Counted from the stretch's first letter, positions 1 to 8,298 are shown. The stretch: 49,808 bases of DNA from Acidimicrobiales bacterium (GCA_049964535.1 JBMFXG010000001.1:1-49808); one strand, 5' to 3'. Translations and numbers: made by a program. Notes: generated from the sequence alone by a model not told the origin.

Positions 1-565
1 GGGAGCCAAGGAAGTTGACGGTACCGAAGTGGAGAGAGTGAAGTATTCCTGCCACGGGACTGACTCCTGGCAGGTAGAGAAATGACCACAGGATAGCGGC
101 GATGACGCCAGGGATAGCGTAGGGAAGGAAGAACGCGAGTCGAAAGAATCGCTGAAGTCGAGCGGCGGTGGAATCCAAGACCAGGGCCAAGATCGTTGCG
201 AAGATCAACATGACTGGGACTTGGACGATTCCGAAACCAAGGACTCTCTCAACCCCTTGATAGAAGCTCGGGTTGGTGATGGCTTGGCGATAGTTGGAGA
301 AGCCAGCGAAGGCCGTCGTGGTCTGGCTCGGGCCGAGGCCGAGTCCGCTCACGTGTGTAGAAAAGAAACTGATGTAGATCGCGTAGCCAATTGGAACAAG
401 GAATATGGCTAGAAAAAAGATGAGAAACGGTAGGAGGAAACCATACGGTGCAAGTCGCCGTCTCGACCTTGGAAGCTTCTCTGGTGCTCTGCGGTGAGCG
501 CCACCAGATGGATCGTTAGGTGGTAGTTGCGCTGACCGACTCGACGATGCTGCTTGAACTTGCAA
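1..565 (-). CDS. Carbohydrate ABC transporter permease (MalF/UgpA-type), partial; C-terminus lies beyond the window start
   Basis: Absent from the ORF track because it runs off the edge. My reverse-strand translation from TTG at 565 reads MQVQAASSSRSAQLPPNDPSGGAHRRAPEKLPRSRRRLAPYGFLLPFLIFFLAIFLVPIGYAIYISFFSTHVSGLGLGPSQTTTAFAGFSNYRQAITNPSFYQGVERVLGFGIVQVPVMLIFATILALVLDSTAARLQRFFRLAFFLPYAIPGVIAAILWSFLYLPGVSP... The basic N-terminus followed by PYxFLxP and the TM helix pattern is typical of binding-protein-dependent sugar permeases. A G-rich SD-like run lies upstream. The gene sits directly downstream of the binding-protein gene. Confidence 0.8.
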   Translation of the reverse strand, partial: MQVQAASSSRSAQLPPNDPSGGAHRRAPEKLPRSRRRLAPYGFLLPFLIFFLAIFLVPIGYAIYISFFSTHVSGLGLGPSQTTTAFAGFSNYRQAITNPSFYQGVERVLGFGIVQVPVMLIFATILALVLDSTAARLQRFFRLAFFLPYAIPGVIAAILWSFLYLPGVSPVAGILHSLHFGTVNFLGS

Positions 566-676
566 AGTACGGACCCCCCGCTAAAAGTACTTCGTTGATC
601 TTCTGAGTAATGTGTGTGCACATGCACGGGCCAGCGAACTGACCCGTGCATGTATTCATTGAATCTAGGACCTGTG

Positions 677-2026
677 CTAGCCTGCTGTCACGGAGAAGCC
701 CTGAGACTTCATTGCGTTGAGCGTCTGGCTCTGGGTGCTGTTGATCGCTGCTTGGAGCGTCCCCTTCCCAGCGCTCGCTTTGGAGAGCCCATCGCTCATC
801 TCGGTGAGCGTGGTGTCCATGATCGGACCCCACAGGAAGTTCGTGTTCACGATCTTTGATCCTGCCTTGAAGACCTTGTAGATGTTCTGGTTTCCGTAGA
901 ACGCTACTGGGCTGTTAGCGGCCTTCTGGCTCTGCCCCTTGATGTTCGCTGGGTAGAGGCCGCCCTTGGTAATCAGAGACGTGATCGACTGCTGATTAGT
1001 ATTGAGCCACTCTGCGAACTGTGCAGCTTGGGCAGGATGCTTGGAGTCTTTGAAGACGACCGTTGTCGATCCACCCCAGTTACCGTTACTTGGCTTGCCA
1101 CCCCACGACGGCATAGGTGCTACGCGCCAATCCCCCTTGGTGGGAGCGGCGTTTGTGACGAGGGTGTTCTCACCCCAGACCGCAGTTGGCCACGTGAGTA
1201 GCGTCCCGTCGGAGAGATCCTTATACCAACCGGTTGCGAAGTCGGGCTCGACCTTGACCAGCTTGTTGGCGACAAGATTCTGCCAGTACTTGGCGACCTT
1301 GATCGTTGCCGGGTCGTTAAGGTTGACATGCCAAGTACTGCCCTTGGTCGTAAACCACTTGGCGCCAGCCTGCCAGGCTAGAGCTGAGAACCAGCCGGAG
1401 TCCGTGGATGGGAACGCCGAGATATACGACGTCGGTGACTCTTGGTGGAGCTTCTTCGCGTCGGTGAGGTACTGCGCCCAGGTCTTTGGAACTACGAGGT
1501 GATACTTCTTAAAGAGATCGGCCCGGTAGAACAGACCCATCGGACCGGTGTCTTGCGGGATGGCGTAGACAGCGTTCCCGAGCGTTACTTGCTTCCAGGT
1601 CCACGGGACGAATTGGGACTTGTACTTGTTAGCGCCGTACTTCGAGAGGTCAACAAGGCCGCCCACGTGCTCGAAGTTCGGAATGATTGGGTACTCGACC
1701 TGACCGAGATCTGGTGCGTTGCCGGCGTTCAGCGCCGAGAACATCTTGGCGTAGGTGCCGGCTTGACCCGATGTGGTCTCATCGAGCGTGACGTGAATGT
1801 TGGGATGAGTCTTGTTCCAGAGATCGACCGAGGCGGAGATGCCCGGTACCCAAGACCAAAAAGTTAGATTGACGACGCTCGCCTTTTTGGCGTGCGGTTG
1901 TGTCGATGCACTTGCGCTTGAGGTCCCAACGGCTGCTAGTGCCATTGAGAGTGCGCCGGTAGCTAAGGCGCCTTTGATGAGAGCGGACTTTCCACTCCTC
2001 TTCAATCGGCCCACGTGTGATGCCAC
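677..2026 (-). CDS. ABC transporter extracellular solute-binding protein (family 1, sugar/oligosaccharide)
   Basis: 449-aa ORF. It has an N-terminal signal-like segment (KSALIKGALATGALSMALAAVGTSSASAS), then LTFWSW...TGPMGLFYR...WGGS, typical of sugar-binding lipoprotein/SBP family 1. GTG start with a GAGGGGG SD-like run upstream. Operon context with a permease. Confidence 0.85.
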   Translation of the reverse strand: MASHVGRLKRSGKSALIKGALATGALSMALAAVGTSSASASTQPHAKKASVVNLTFWSWVPGISASVDLWNKTHPNIHVTLDETTSGQAGTYAKMFSALNAGNAPDLGQVEYPIIPNFEHVGGLVDLSKYGANKYKSQFVPWTWKQVTLGNAVYAIPQDTGPMGLFYRADLFKKYHLVVPKTWAQYLTDAKKLHQESPTSYISAFPSTDSGWFSALAWQAGAKWFTTKGSTWHVNLNDPATIKVAKYWQNLVANKLVKVEPDFATGWYKDLSDGTLLTWPTAVWGENTLVTNAAPTKGDWRVAPMPSWGGKPSNGNWGGSTTVVFKDSKHPAQAAQFAEWLNTNQQSITSLITKGGLYPANIKGQSQKAANSPVAFYGNQNIYKVFKAGSKIVNTNFLWGPIMDTTLTEMSDGLSKASAGKGTLQAAINSTQSQTLNAMKSQGFSVTAG

Positions 2027-2260
2027 TTTTCCCCCTCTGAAACGTGCCGCTGGAATCTTCCGCAGCGATACTGCCTATGTCTGAAGTTGATAACTCCACA
2101 ACAGAACCTAACAGGAAGTTAACACTTTCGCAACGTCAGGGAAACGGCTCTCTCGATATTTACACCGGAAAATCACAGGGAAGTAGCTCTGAGCAGGGAC
2201 TATAGAAATATTGAGCTGATCAAATGCACAGGGTTTTCTCATCTTCGGACACTTTCCTCT

Positions 2261-2282
2261 TGAAAATATCAGGTTATTTTCA
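2261..2282. promoter_or_regulatory. Perfect 8-bp inverted repeat TGAAAATA-N6-TATTTTCA, candidate operator in the AT-rich spacer upstream of the binding-protein gene
   Basis: Read directly: tgaaaata tcaggt tattttca. It lies in the only AT-rich stretch (about 2100-2290) of the 441-bp spacer between the glycosidase stop (2468) and the SBP start (2026). Confidence 0.3.
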
Positions 2283-2300
2283 GCTTCTTAGGAGGTTTGC

Positions 2301-2366
2301 AGCGACCCGTCGGCTCGGAGCACAGATATTTGGGCTCGGAGCGACCCGTCGGTGGAGCAGAGATAT
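2301..2366. repeat. Imperfect direct repeat, two units about 39 bp apart (AGCGACCCGTCGG[CTC/T]GGAGCA[C/G]AGATAT)
   Basis: Unit 1 is 2301-2329 and unit 2 is 2340-2366. They share 13 identical nt, then a 2-nt indel, then GGAGCAnAGATAT. There is an extra GGCTCGGAGC duplication (2311-2320 / 2332-2341) and a third partial GCGGAGCAG at 2367-2375. Confidence 0.7.
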
Positions 2367-2467
2367 GCGGAGCAGTCCAGCCTCCGTTTGAGGATCGAGC
2401 CTCAGATTTGAGCCGATAGCCAAGGCGCGATAGCAGAGAAGCGACTTTGAAGTTATGAGGAAACTGA

Positions 2468-3838
2468 TTACGCCATGGTGACCGGAGGAGCTGGAACGGC
2501 TGGCGAGGTAGATGAATTCGTCATCAATCTCTGTGCGGCCTCGACTCCCCATGCATCGAGTTTGTCGGGTGGATCGCTGAGACAGTTCAGCCCATGTGCG
2601 GCTTCAACGCTGGCTGCGATGAGATCTCGGTGTTCAATCTCGGGTCGAAGTAAGAGGCAGTCGGGATCATTGGTCCACCACCGGCCCTGGAGAGCTCGAC
2701 GGGCTCGGGTCCCAAGGACCGAGGCACGACCACCGGGTTGAGAGATGTCGGCAAGTGGAGGCTCCCAGGTCGGTGAGACGTCGGGGGAGATCCGCATTGC
2801 GTCTACGAGTCCAATGCTCGGTATGAGCGGTGCACCGCAGCCTACGACGATGGAGTCTTCTCCGATAGCGGAGCGAAACGCGCCGAGCGCTTCGCGATAT
2901 GCGTCATTTTCGTGAATCGACCGGTGCCGCGTGCCGGCGATAGCGCCGGCGTAGAGGAAGTCCAACTTGAAGTACTGGATGCCGAGATCTCGGAGACTCG
3001 AGAGCGTCGAGGTCATGGAATTAAGCGCCTCTGGACGTGTGGTATCAAGGATCGACAGCTCCTGATTCCAGTTAAAGCCCGCGGAACGATCCGGGACGAG
3101 CCAATCTGGATGGTCCTTGAAGAGCTGGCTCTTGTGGCCGACCAGAAATGGTGCAAGCCAGATGCCGACGCTTCTCCCTTGATCTTGCAGCTCCTTCACG
3201 ACCTTCTCGAGAGAACCGAATCGCTCGGAGTCCTGCCAGTCTCCAATGGAACGCTGCCATCCATCGTCGATCTGGATGACGTCGGCGGGTATCTCACGCT
3301 CGTAGAGATGGCGCGAGGCTCGCAGTACATCCTCCGCAGTCACGTTAAACCAGTAGCAGTACCACGAGCACCAGGTGGGGGAGAGTGTACGAAGTGGTCG
3401 TTGTATGCATCGAGTGGCGAATTGCTCTGTCCATCCTGCCACTGCTTCTTCGAGGTTGGCAGCGCTGGGCCAAGTTGTCACCTCAATTGGGTCAGTGCTC
3501 GTGATGGTGAGCTGGCTGCCCTGTAGAGCGGCTCGAATCGTAGGGATCGTGGGAGTAGGACCTGCCATGGCGTAGATCGTCATAGGAGCACCGTTGCCGG
3601 GATCGACTCCCAGCATTCCTTCGCTTTGAAATCCAGTTGCCGCTAGTGGCCGTTCTGGTCGGAAGGCCATGGTCTGCCAGAGCTCTCGTTGTGGCCGGGG
3701 TGAGAGTCCGGCAGCGTTGTAGATTCCCGAGGGACTCCACGATTGCCAGCCGAGCTCGTAGATGGTTGATCGATCCACCTCGATTGTGAGCTCATCAACG
3801 ATGGAGAACGATGGGGTCGCTGTGGAACTTTGGGCCAT
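2468..3838 (-). CDS. Glycoside hydrolase, clan GH-D (GH36-like alpha-galactosidase family), short form
   Basis: 456-aa ORF. Motifs IQIDDGWQRSIGDW, YFKLDFLYAGA and VGCGAPLIPSIGLVDAMRISPDV match the DDGW / KxD / catalytic-barrel signature of melibiase-type enzymes. It is the first gene of the sugar-uptake operon. Confidence 0.65.
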   Translation of the reverse strand: MAQSSTATPSFSIVDELTIEVDRSTIYELGWQSWSPSGIYNAAGLSPRPQRELWQTMAFRPERPLAATGFQSEGMLGVDPGNGAPMTIYAMAGPTPTIPTIRAALQGSQLTITSTDPIEVTTWPSAANLEEAVAGWTEQFATRCIQRPLRTLSPTWCSWYCYWFNVTAEDVLRASRHLYEREIPADVIQIDDGWQRSIGDWQDSERFGSLEKVVKELQDQGRSVGIWLAPFLVGHKSQLFKDHPDWLVPDRSAGFNWNQELSILDTTRPEALNSMTSTLSSLRDLGIQYFKLDFLYAGAIAGTRHRSIHENDAYREALGAFRSAIGEDSIVVGCGAPLIPSIGLVDAMRISPDVSPTWEPPLADISQPGGRASVLGTRARRALQGRWWTNDPDCLLLRPEIEHRDLIAASVEAAHGLNCLSDPPDKLDAWGVEAAQRLMTNSSTSPAVPAPPVTMA

Positions 3839-5088
3839 GAGTGAACACTGTAGAAGACCTCTTCGTGGGAGGCGAACGCTGAAGCGACGAGAGTCGAACT
3901 ACGGGGGATCGTGACGAGAGCTCTTCGCCGATCCCTAGCTCCGTCTCGACCCAGCTGTGGGGTCGGAGTAATCGACCGCGGACCTCCGTCCTCGCAAGTT
4001 CCGTTGTGAAGCAATCAGCGTAGGTTCTGCGAGAGAGGCGCCGTTGTGCAACGGCGCCGGAGAAAACCGGAGAAAGAGGTGACTGTTGGAGATGGTCGCT
4101 TGTGGGACGAACTCTCGTCCTGAGTACGGCGACGCTCTCGGTGGCATCGCAAGCTCGCGCCAAGACACGAGTCGGCGAGTCATGCGTCGTAGCGACTTTA
4201 GCGGAGAGCGCAAACTTTCGAAGGGGTTCGAAGTAGATGCCAACCAAGAGGCGATTCGTTCTGGAGGGTGCACTCGTCTCGGACGCAGCTTCGGACCGAT
4301 GAGGCCGACCAGTCGTTGGGGTAACTTCGATCAGAGGTGGGCTTAAACGCGTCGGGAGATTGGGTTGGCCCTGGAGTGCGACTCGAGGAGCTCTCTGTGG
4401 CAGGTGAGCTATGTCGGTGCTCGACGTGCCGTGTCACCTGGTGGAAAGGACTGTCCTCGTTCGCGCGGCACGATCTTGGGGATCAGCGATCGAGGCCACC
4501 CGGTCGCGATAGAGGGGCCTCGAGTGGGCTACTCGGTTCGGTTCGGGTTGTGGTCGACCGAGCTCTCACCAGTGCTGGACGCGCGATCTTTGAAGTATCG
4601 GTCTAGGTAACTCCCTGGAGGCTTATAGGAAGATCACGGTGGCTCGTTAGCTCGAGCCGCGTGCGACATTCAGTGCATGGTCAAAAGCTCGGTACCTGAG
4701 AAGGTTGTGACGGGTCTATAGGCCTCCGGATAGGACTGACAATCCTTGGCGGCTACACCTTGGCAACTTCTGCGAGAGCTACGAATGCAATGAGAGAAGC
4801 TCCGTCACATCGGGGTCGGCGTGCGCGATCTCTGCTGCAACGATCCTAAGAGTTTCTTCAGATTCGTCGACGTCGGCCATGGGCCCGCACTAGGGTTTTG
4901 CAGGGAAAAGGTCAACTGGTGTCCTCGCTTCTAACTCAGACGAGACTCAGCTCTGATCTTCTAACCTACGTGCCAACTGGCGTTACGGCAGTGGTCTGTG
5001 GTGCCAGAGTGGCAGAGAGGACCACGAGAATGTTTGAGCGTCTCTCGGGGGCCAGGTTGGTAGTGAAGATAAAGAACGTTAGGCCGAG

Positions 5089-5799
5089 ATGCCGAGTCCG
5101 AGGGAGCGAAGCGTAGTGTCAATCGATGGTCGAGATATCGTAGTCAACACCGTCTTGACCACGGAGCTTGAGTCAGATCTTCCAGGTAACTCTCGTCGTG
5201 TCCAGTTCGTTGCGCGGCTCACATCTCTGCTCGGTGTCGCGCTCTTTGTGCTCCTGGCCATCGAAGGTATCTCTGTCCCCTTTACGGGCCAGCTGCTGAC
5301 GTGGCACGTGGTTGTGGGAATCATGCTCATTCCCCTGATGAGTGCGAAAATCGTAGTCACCAGCTATCGCTTCGTGCTCTACTACACGCGGCGTGTTGAC
5401 TTTAAGAAAGCGGGTCCTCCGTGGATGCCGCTCCGTATTATCGGACCTCTCCTCATCGTCTCGACCGTCGTCATGATGTCGAGTGGCGTGGCGCTTGTCG
5501 TTGTCGGCCCATCGTCATCGTCGGAGGGACTGTGGTTTGCGCTGCATCGAGATAGCTTCATTGCTTGGTTTATCTTTACCGCCATTCACGTTCTCGCCTA
5601 CGTACTTCGGGCCTCGTCGGTCTCTCTGAGAGATCTACGGAGACTGCGTGCCACTACGACCGAACTCACGCAGGACACTTGGTATCGAGTGATGATCGTC
5701 GTCGTGGTGCTGGGTATTGGGATCGGTCTCAGCTCTCGTTTCGGCCCGATGATTCACGTCTGGGCGACGGTGCTGCGAGCCCGGTTGCTCGGACACTAA
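5089..5799 (+). CDS. Hypothetical integral membrane protein (about 4-5 TM helices, conserved His in helices; possible b-type haem/DUF4405-like)
   Basis: 236-aa ORF with clear hydrophobic helices (LLGVALFVLLAIEGI, WHVVVGIMLIPLM, IIGPLLIVSTVVMMSSGVALVVV, FIAWFIFTAIHVLAYVL, VMIVVVVLGIGIGL). No family is confidently recognised and the start codon is uncertain. Confidence 0.55.
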   Translation: MPSPRERSVVSIDGRDIVVNTVLTTELESDLPGNSRRVQFVARLTSLLGVALFVLLAIEGISVPFTGQLLTWHVVVGIMLIPLMSAKIVVTSYRFVLYYTRRVDFKKAGPPWMPLRIIGPLLIVSTVVMMSSGVALVVVGPSSSSEGLWFALHRDSFIAWFIFTAIHVLAYVLRASSVSLRDLRRLRATTTELTQDTWYRVMIVVVVLGIGIGLSSRFGPMIHVWATVLRARLLGH

Positions 5800-6464
5800 A
5801 GGTGCTCACGGGAAAGCTCTACTGTGGTCCGGGCATTAAGGCTCGGTAGATCCCGATCTTGTTAGTTGAGACGGTGGGTTCTTTGGTTGTTTCCGGTGGT
5901 ATCGAAACGAGAGCTACATCGTAGGCTTTCTGCATCGGTGAAGACTTGGAATATGACGAGTGGTTCGTCGCAGCCGTAGAGCCTGACCGCGCAGGTGTGC
6001 GCTCCAGAGCAAGTGAGGTCGACGCTGTCCGACGACACTCTTTCGGTACTGTAGCGACCGTTGCGACCTCAACGCACTTTGGGTTGAGGTGTGCTGACAG
6101 CATCGTGCAGGCTCGACGTGGATCTAGTCATCCTCGGCAGAGGGCTCGGCTCTGCTCTGAGAGTGTGGTAGAGCGGGAGACTCGACATCTGCCTCTTGTG
6201 GCTGTACCAAACGGACTGAGTATCTGTTCCCTTTTGGCGCCTGAGCTCCGTAGCTAGGTTGTGTCGTGAAACGAAGTTAATCAGGTTCTCCGGCACGCTC
6301 GTCGTGGTGATGTCAAGGCGAGAGCGACGCGGAGTTGTCAGATGAGATGCAGCAGGGTCATCTGAGCTATGCGAAGTTTCTCAAGATGGAGCCCGAGAGA
6401 AGAGAGAAGAGTGTCTGTTAATCCGGAGTCCGATATTGGGAGAGCTCGTTGACCTTGGAATGGG

Positions 6465-7526
6465 TCAGGGCTGGTGTGGGTCTGCCGATGACCAAGTTCC
6501 AGAAAGCCAACTCTCGAGGTAGCACAGGAACGTAGGTAGCCAGTGGCTTCTGTTGAAGCCGCTGGTTGGGTCGATCACCGAGATCGCATGCAGATGTGCG
6601 TCTCGAGCCTCTGTAGCTTGGAGTCCGATCGGGTGCTCGTCGGGTAGAGCACTACGGATTGCTTCAAATCCCCAGGCTCTTGAGATGAGGAGTCCTTCCA
6701 GGTGAACTGTAGCGGGATCGTCGCCGTCGAAGGGGAATACTGGGACGCTCCAGGCCTCTAGGATCGGAGTGTCGAGGCGCTCAAGCAGGGAGATGAAGTC
6801 ACCGACAGGGAGAACAGCTGCTAGGAGGGCGGCTTCGGTGAGGCTAGGTGTCAGGAACGCATCGCCGGAGATATCGTCATCCCAGTGGAGATGCCGACCA
6901 GCTTCGAAGAGTCGAATTGCCGCATGAGAGAGTGCGTCGAGTACAACGGCGTCGCTGCGGAGCTGTGCTGCTTGGAGGCAGATGTGGAGCGAGAAGGCGG
7001 TGTTGCTGTGGGTTCCCGCACGTATTGGAAAGGCAAGCCGAGAAGTAAAGTACTGTACTAGTTGCTCTTGCAAGTAGTCGGCGAGAGGTCTGAGAGCGTA
7101 CGACCACTCAATAGCGGGTTCAAAACGCTGCCCAGCGTCACGACAGGTCGCTTCGAGTAGTGAAAGCCAAGCCCAACCGTATGGTCGTTCCGAGGTGAAG
7201 CCACTGGGGCCCGTGAAAAATGCCAGCTCTCGAGCAATGTTCTGTGTTGTCAGGTGCTGGTTAATCGTCTGCACGATCTCGCGTTCGAGCGACTTGGAAC
7301 ATCCAACTTCCAGATACCTCAGTAGTGTCCAGTGTGAGTGAACCGCTGAGTGCCAGTCATAGCTACCAAAGAAGCAGGGGTTAAGTGCTCGAGGGGGAAG
7401 AAGATCGTCGTCGCTGTTGAGTTGCTGATGGAGAAGGTGAGGATACTCACGGCACGTTGATTCCACAACAACACGAGCGAGGTCATCAGTGGAGGTGACC
7501 TTTGAGAGCGACGAATTCGGCACCAT
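6465..7526 (-). CDS. DUF2891 family protein
   Basis: 353-aa ORF. The motif CFFGSYDWHSAVHSHWTLLRYL, the alpha-helical repeat character and RAGTHSNTAFSL resemble DUF2891 as I remember the family. This needs an HMM check. Confidence 0.55.
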   Translation of the reverse strand: MVPNSSLSKVTSTDDLARVVVESTCREYPHLLHQQLNSDDDLLPPRALNPCFFGSYDWHSAVHSHWTLLRYLEVGCSKSLEREIVQTINQHLTTQNIARELAFFTGPSGFTSERPYGWAWLSLLEATCRDAGQRFEPAIEWSYALRPLADYLQEQLVQYFTSRLAFPIRAGTHSNTAFSLHICLQAAQLRSDAVVLDALSHAAIRLFEAGRHLHWDDDISGDAFLTPSLTEAALLAAVLPVGDFISLLERLDTPILEAWSVPVFPFDGDDPATVHLEGLLISRAWGFEAIRSALPDEHPIGLQATEARDAHLHAISVIDPTSGFNRSHWLPTFLCYLESWLSGTWSSADPHQP

Positions 7527-7700
7527 GGCTACGACCTTATCGGCAAGACTTCGCTCTCTCGAACGAAGTCAGCGACTTCGATCGAACAGGTTTTCGCTAC
7601 GGTGCGCTCTGGCTTCTTGCGTCAGATTCACCTCTTCATACGCAGTTGTCAAGCTCTGCTATCTCATCGCTTCACGAAGAGAAGCGATGAGATTCTCGGT

Positions 7701-7742
7701 GCCAAAGACGAAAATCCGTTGGCACAGCATGCCAACGGATTT
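7701..7742 (-). terminator. Rho-independent terminator of sodN
   Basis: On the minus strand, 38 nt after the sodN stop: stem AAATCCGTTGGCA / TGCCAACGGATTT (13 bp, 7712-7742) with a 5-nt loop, followed by TTTTCGTCTTT. Confidence 0.65.
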
Positions 7743-7779
7743 CGAGGTAACCCTCTATCGAGAGAGGTACGAGTGTTGC

Positions 7780-8196
7780 TTACTTCTTGGAGTCCCAGAA
7801 GATGGTGTTGATCTCCTCGATCTCCTCGAGGAGTCGACTCGCAACTGCTACGTCATTGGTCTTCTTTGCTTCGCCAGCGCTCTTCGTGGCCTTCCAAAAG
7901 AGCTCGTGAAGGTTGGGATACTTGGCGAGGTGTTCAGGCTTGAAGTAGTCGGTCCAGAGCACCCAGAGATGATGCTTGACGAGCTCACAACGCTCCTCTT
8001 TGATGATGGTGGCTCGTTGTTGAAAGACTGGGTCGTTTGAAGCATTAAATTTTTCCATGATTGCTTTGACGGACTCAGCTTCGATTCGGGCCTGCGCCGG
8101 ATCGTACACTCCACAGGGAAGGTCGCAGTGTGCGCTGACAGAGGCGGGAGCGCTCACGGTATCGAGGAGCTTTAACAGGGCGGATGCAATCTTCAT
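7780..8196 (-). CDS. sodN: Nickel-containing superoxide dismutase precursor
   Basis: 138 aa. The Ni-hook HCDLPCGVYDPAQARIEAESVKAI is present, preceded by a 22-aa propeptide MKIASALLKLLDTVSAPASVSA. The rest (KHHLWVLWTDYFKPEH...IFWDSKK) is collinear with Streptomyces SodN. AAGGAG SD upstream. Confidence 0.95.
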   Translation of the reverse strand: MKIASALLKLLDTVSAPASVSAHCDLPCGVYDPAQARIEAESVKAIMEKFNASNDPVFQQRATIIKEERCELVKHHLWVLWTDYFKPEHLAKYPNLHELFWKATKSAGEAKKTNDVAVASRLLEEIEEINTIFWDSKK

Positions 8197-8298
8197 TTCT
8201 TCTCTCCTTGCAACATTCGTCTTGAGCGAATACCGATAACATTACCCTTGTCGAAAGAGATCTCACGTTGTTTCTCCAGCCGGAAAGGGTGATGCTCG

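Noticed and set aside
4203-4226. Glycine-riboswitch-like words GGAGAG ... CGAAGGGG
   Set aside because: Only 10 nt separate the two words, so there is no P2 hairpin. There is no downstream CUCAGGCAAAAGGAC-type element and no second aptamer. The nearest plus-strand gene is more than 850 nt away and is unrelated to glycine metabolism.
3795-4437. Long stop-free minus-strand frame (track ORFs 3795-4247, 3935-4273 and 4198-4437 on -, plus 4086-4346, 4337-4606 and 4365-4610 on +) as real genes
   Set aside because: The translations are Arg/Ser/Thr/Pro-rich with no hydrophobic periodicity or recognisable motif. The ORFs overlap each other in several frames. The longest one lacks a start for its first about 60 codons and runs out of frame into the glycosidase gene. 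I kept it as an unexplained tract in findings rather than calling CDSs.
4376-4682. Group II intron signals: GUGCG at 4376 and a domain-V-like GAGCCGCGUGCGAC...GCAUGGUC at 4654-4682
   Set aside because: The putative domain V does not fold into the required 34-nt bulged hairpin; the third base pair would be G-G. There is no GNRA loop, no reverse-transcriptase ORF and no plausible exon context.
7489-8040. 183-aa plus-strand ORF
   Set aside because: It lies antisense to, and largely overlaps, the unambiguous sodN gene and its terminator. Its composition is not protein-like.
8197-8298. TTGCAA hexamer in the sodN-sodX divergent spacer as a Nur-box (TTGCAA-N5-TTGCAA)
   Set aside because: Only one half-site is present. 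The position five nt downstream reads GTCTTG, so there is no dyad.
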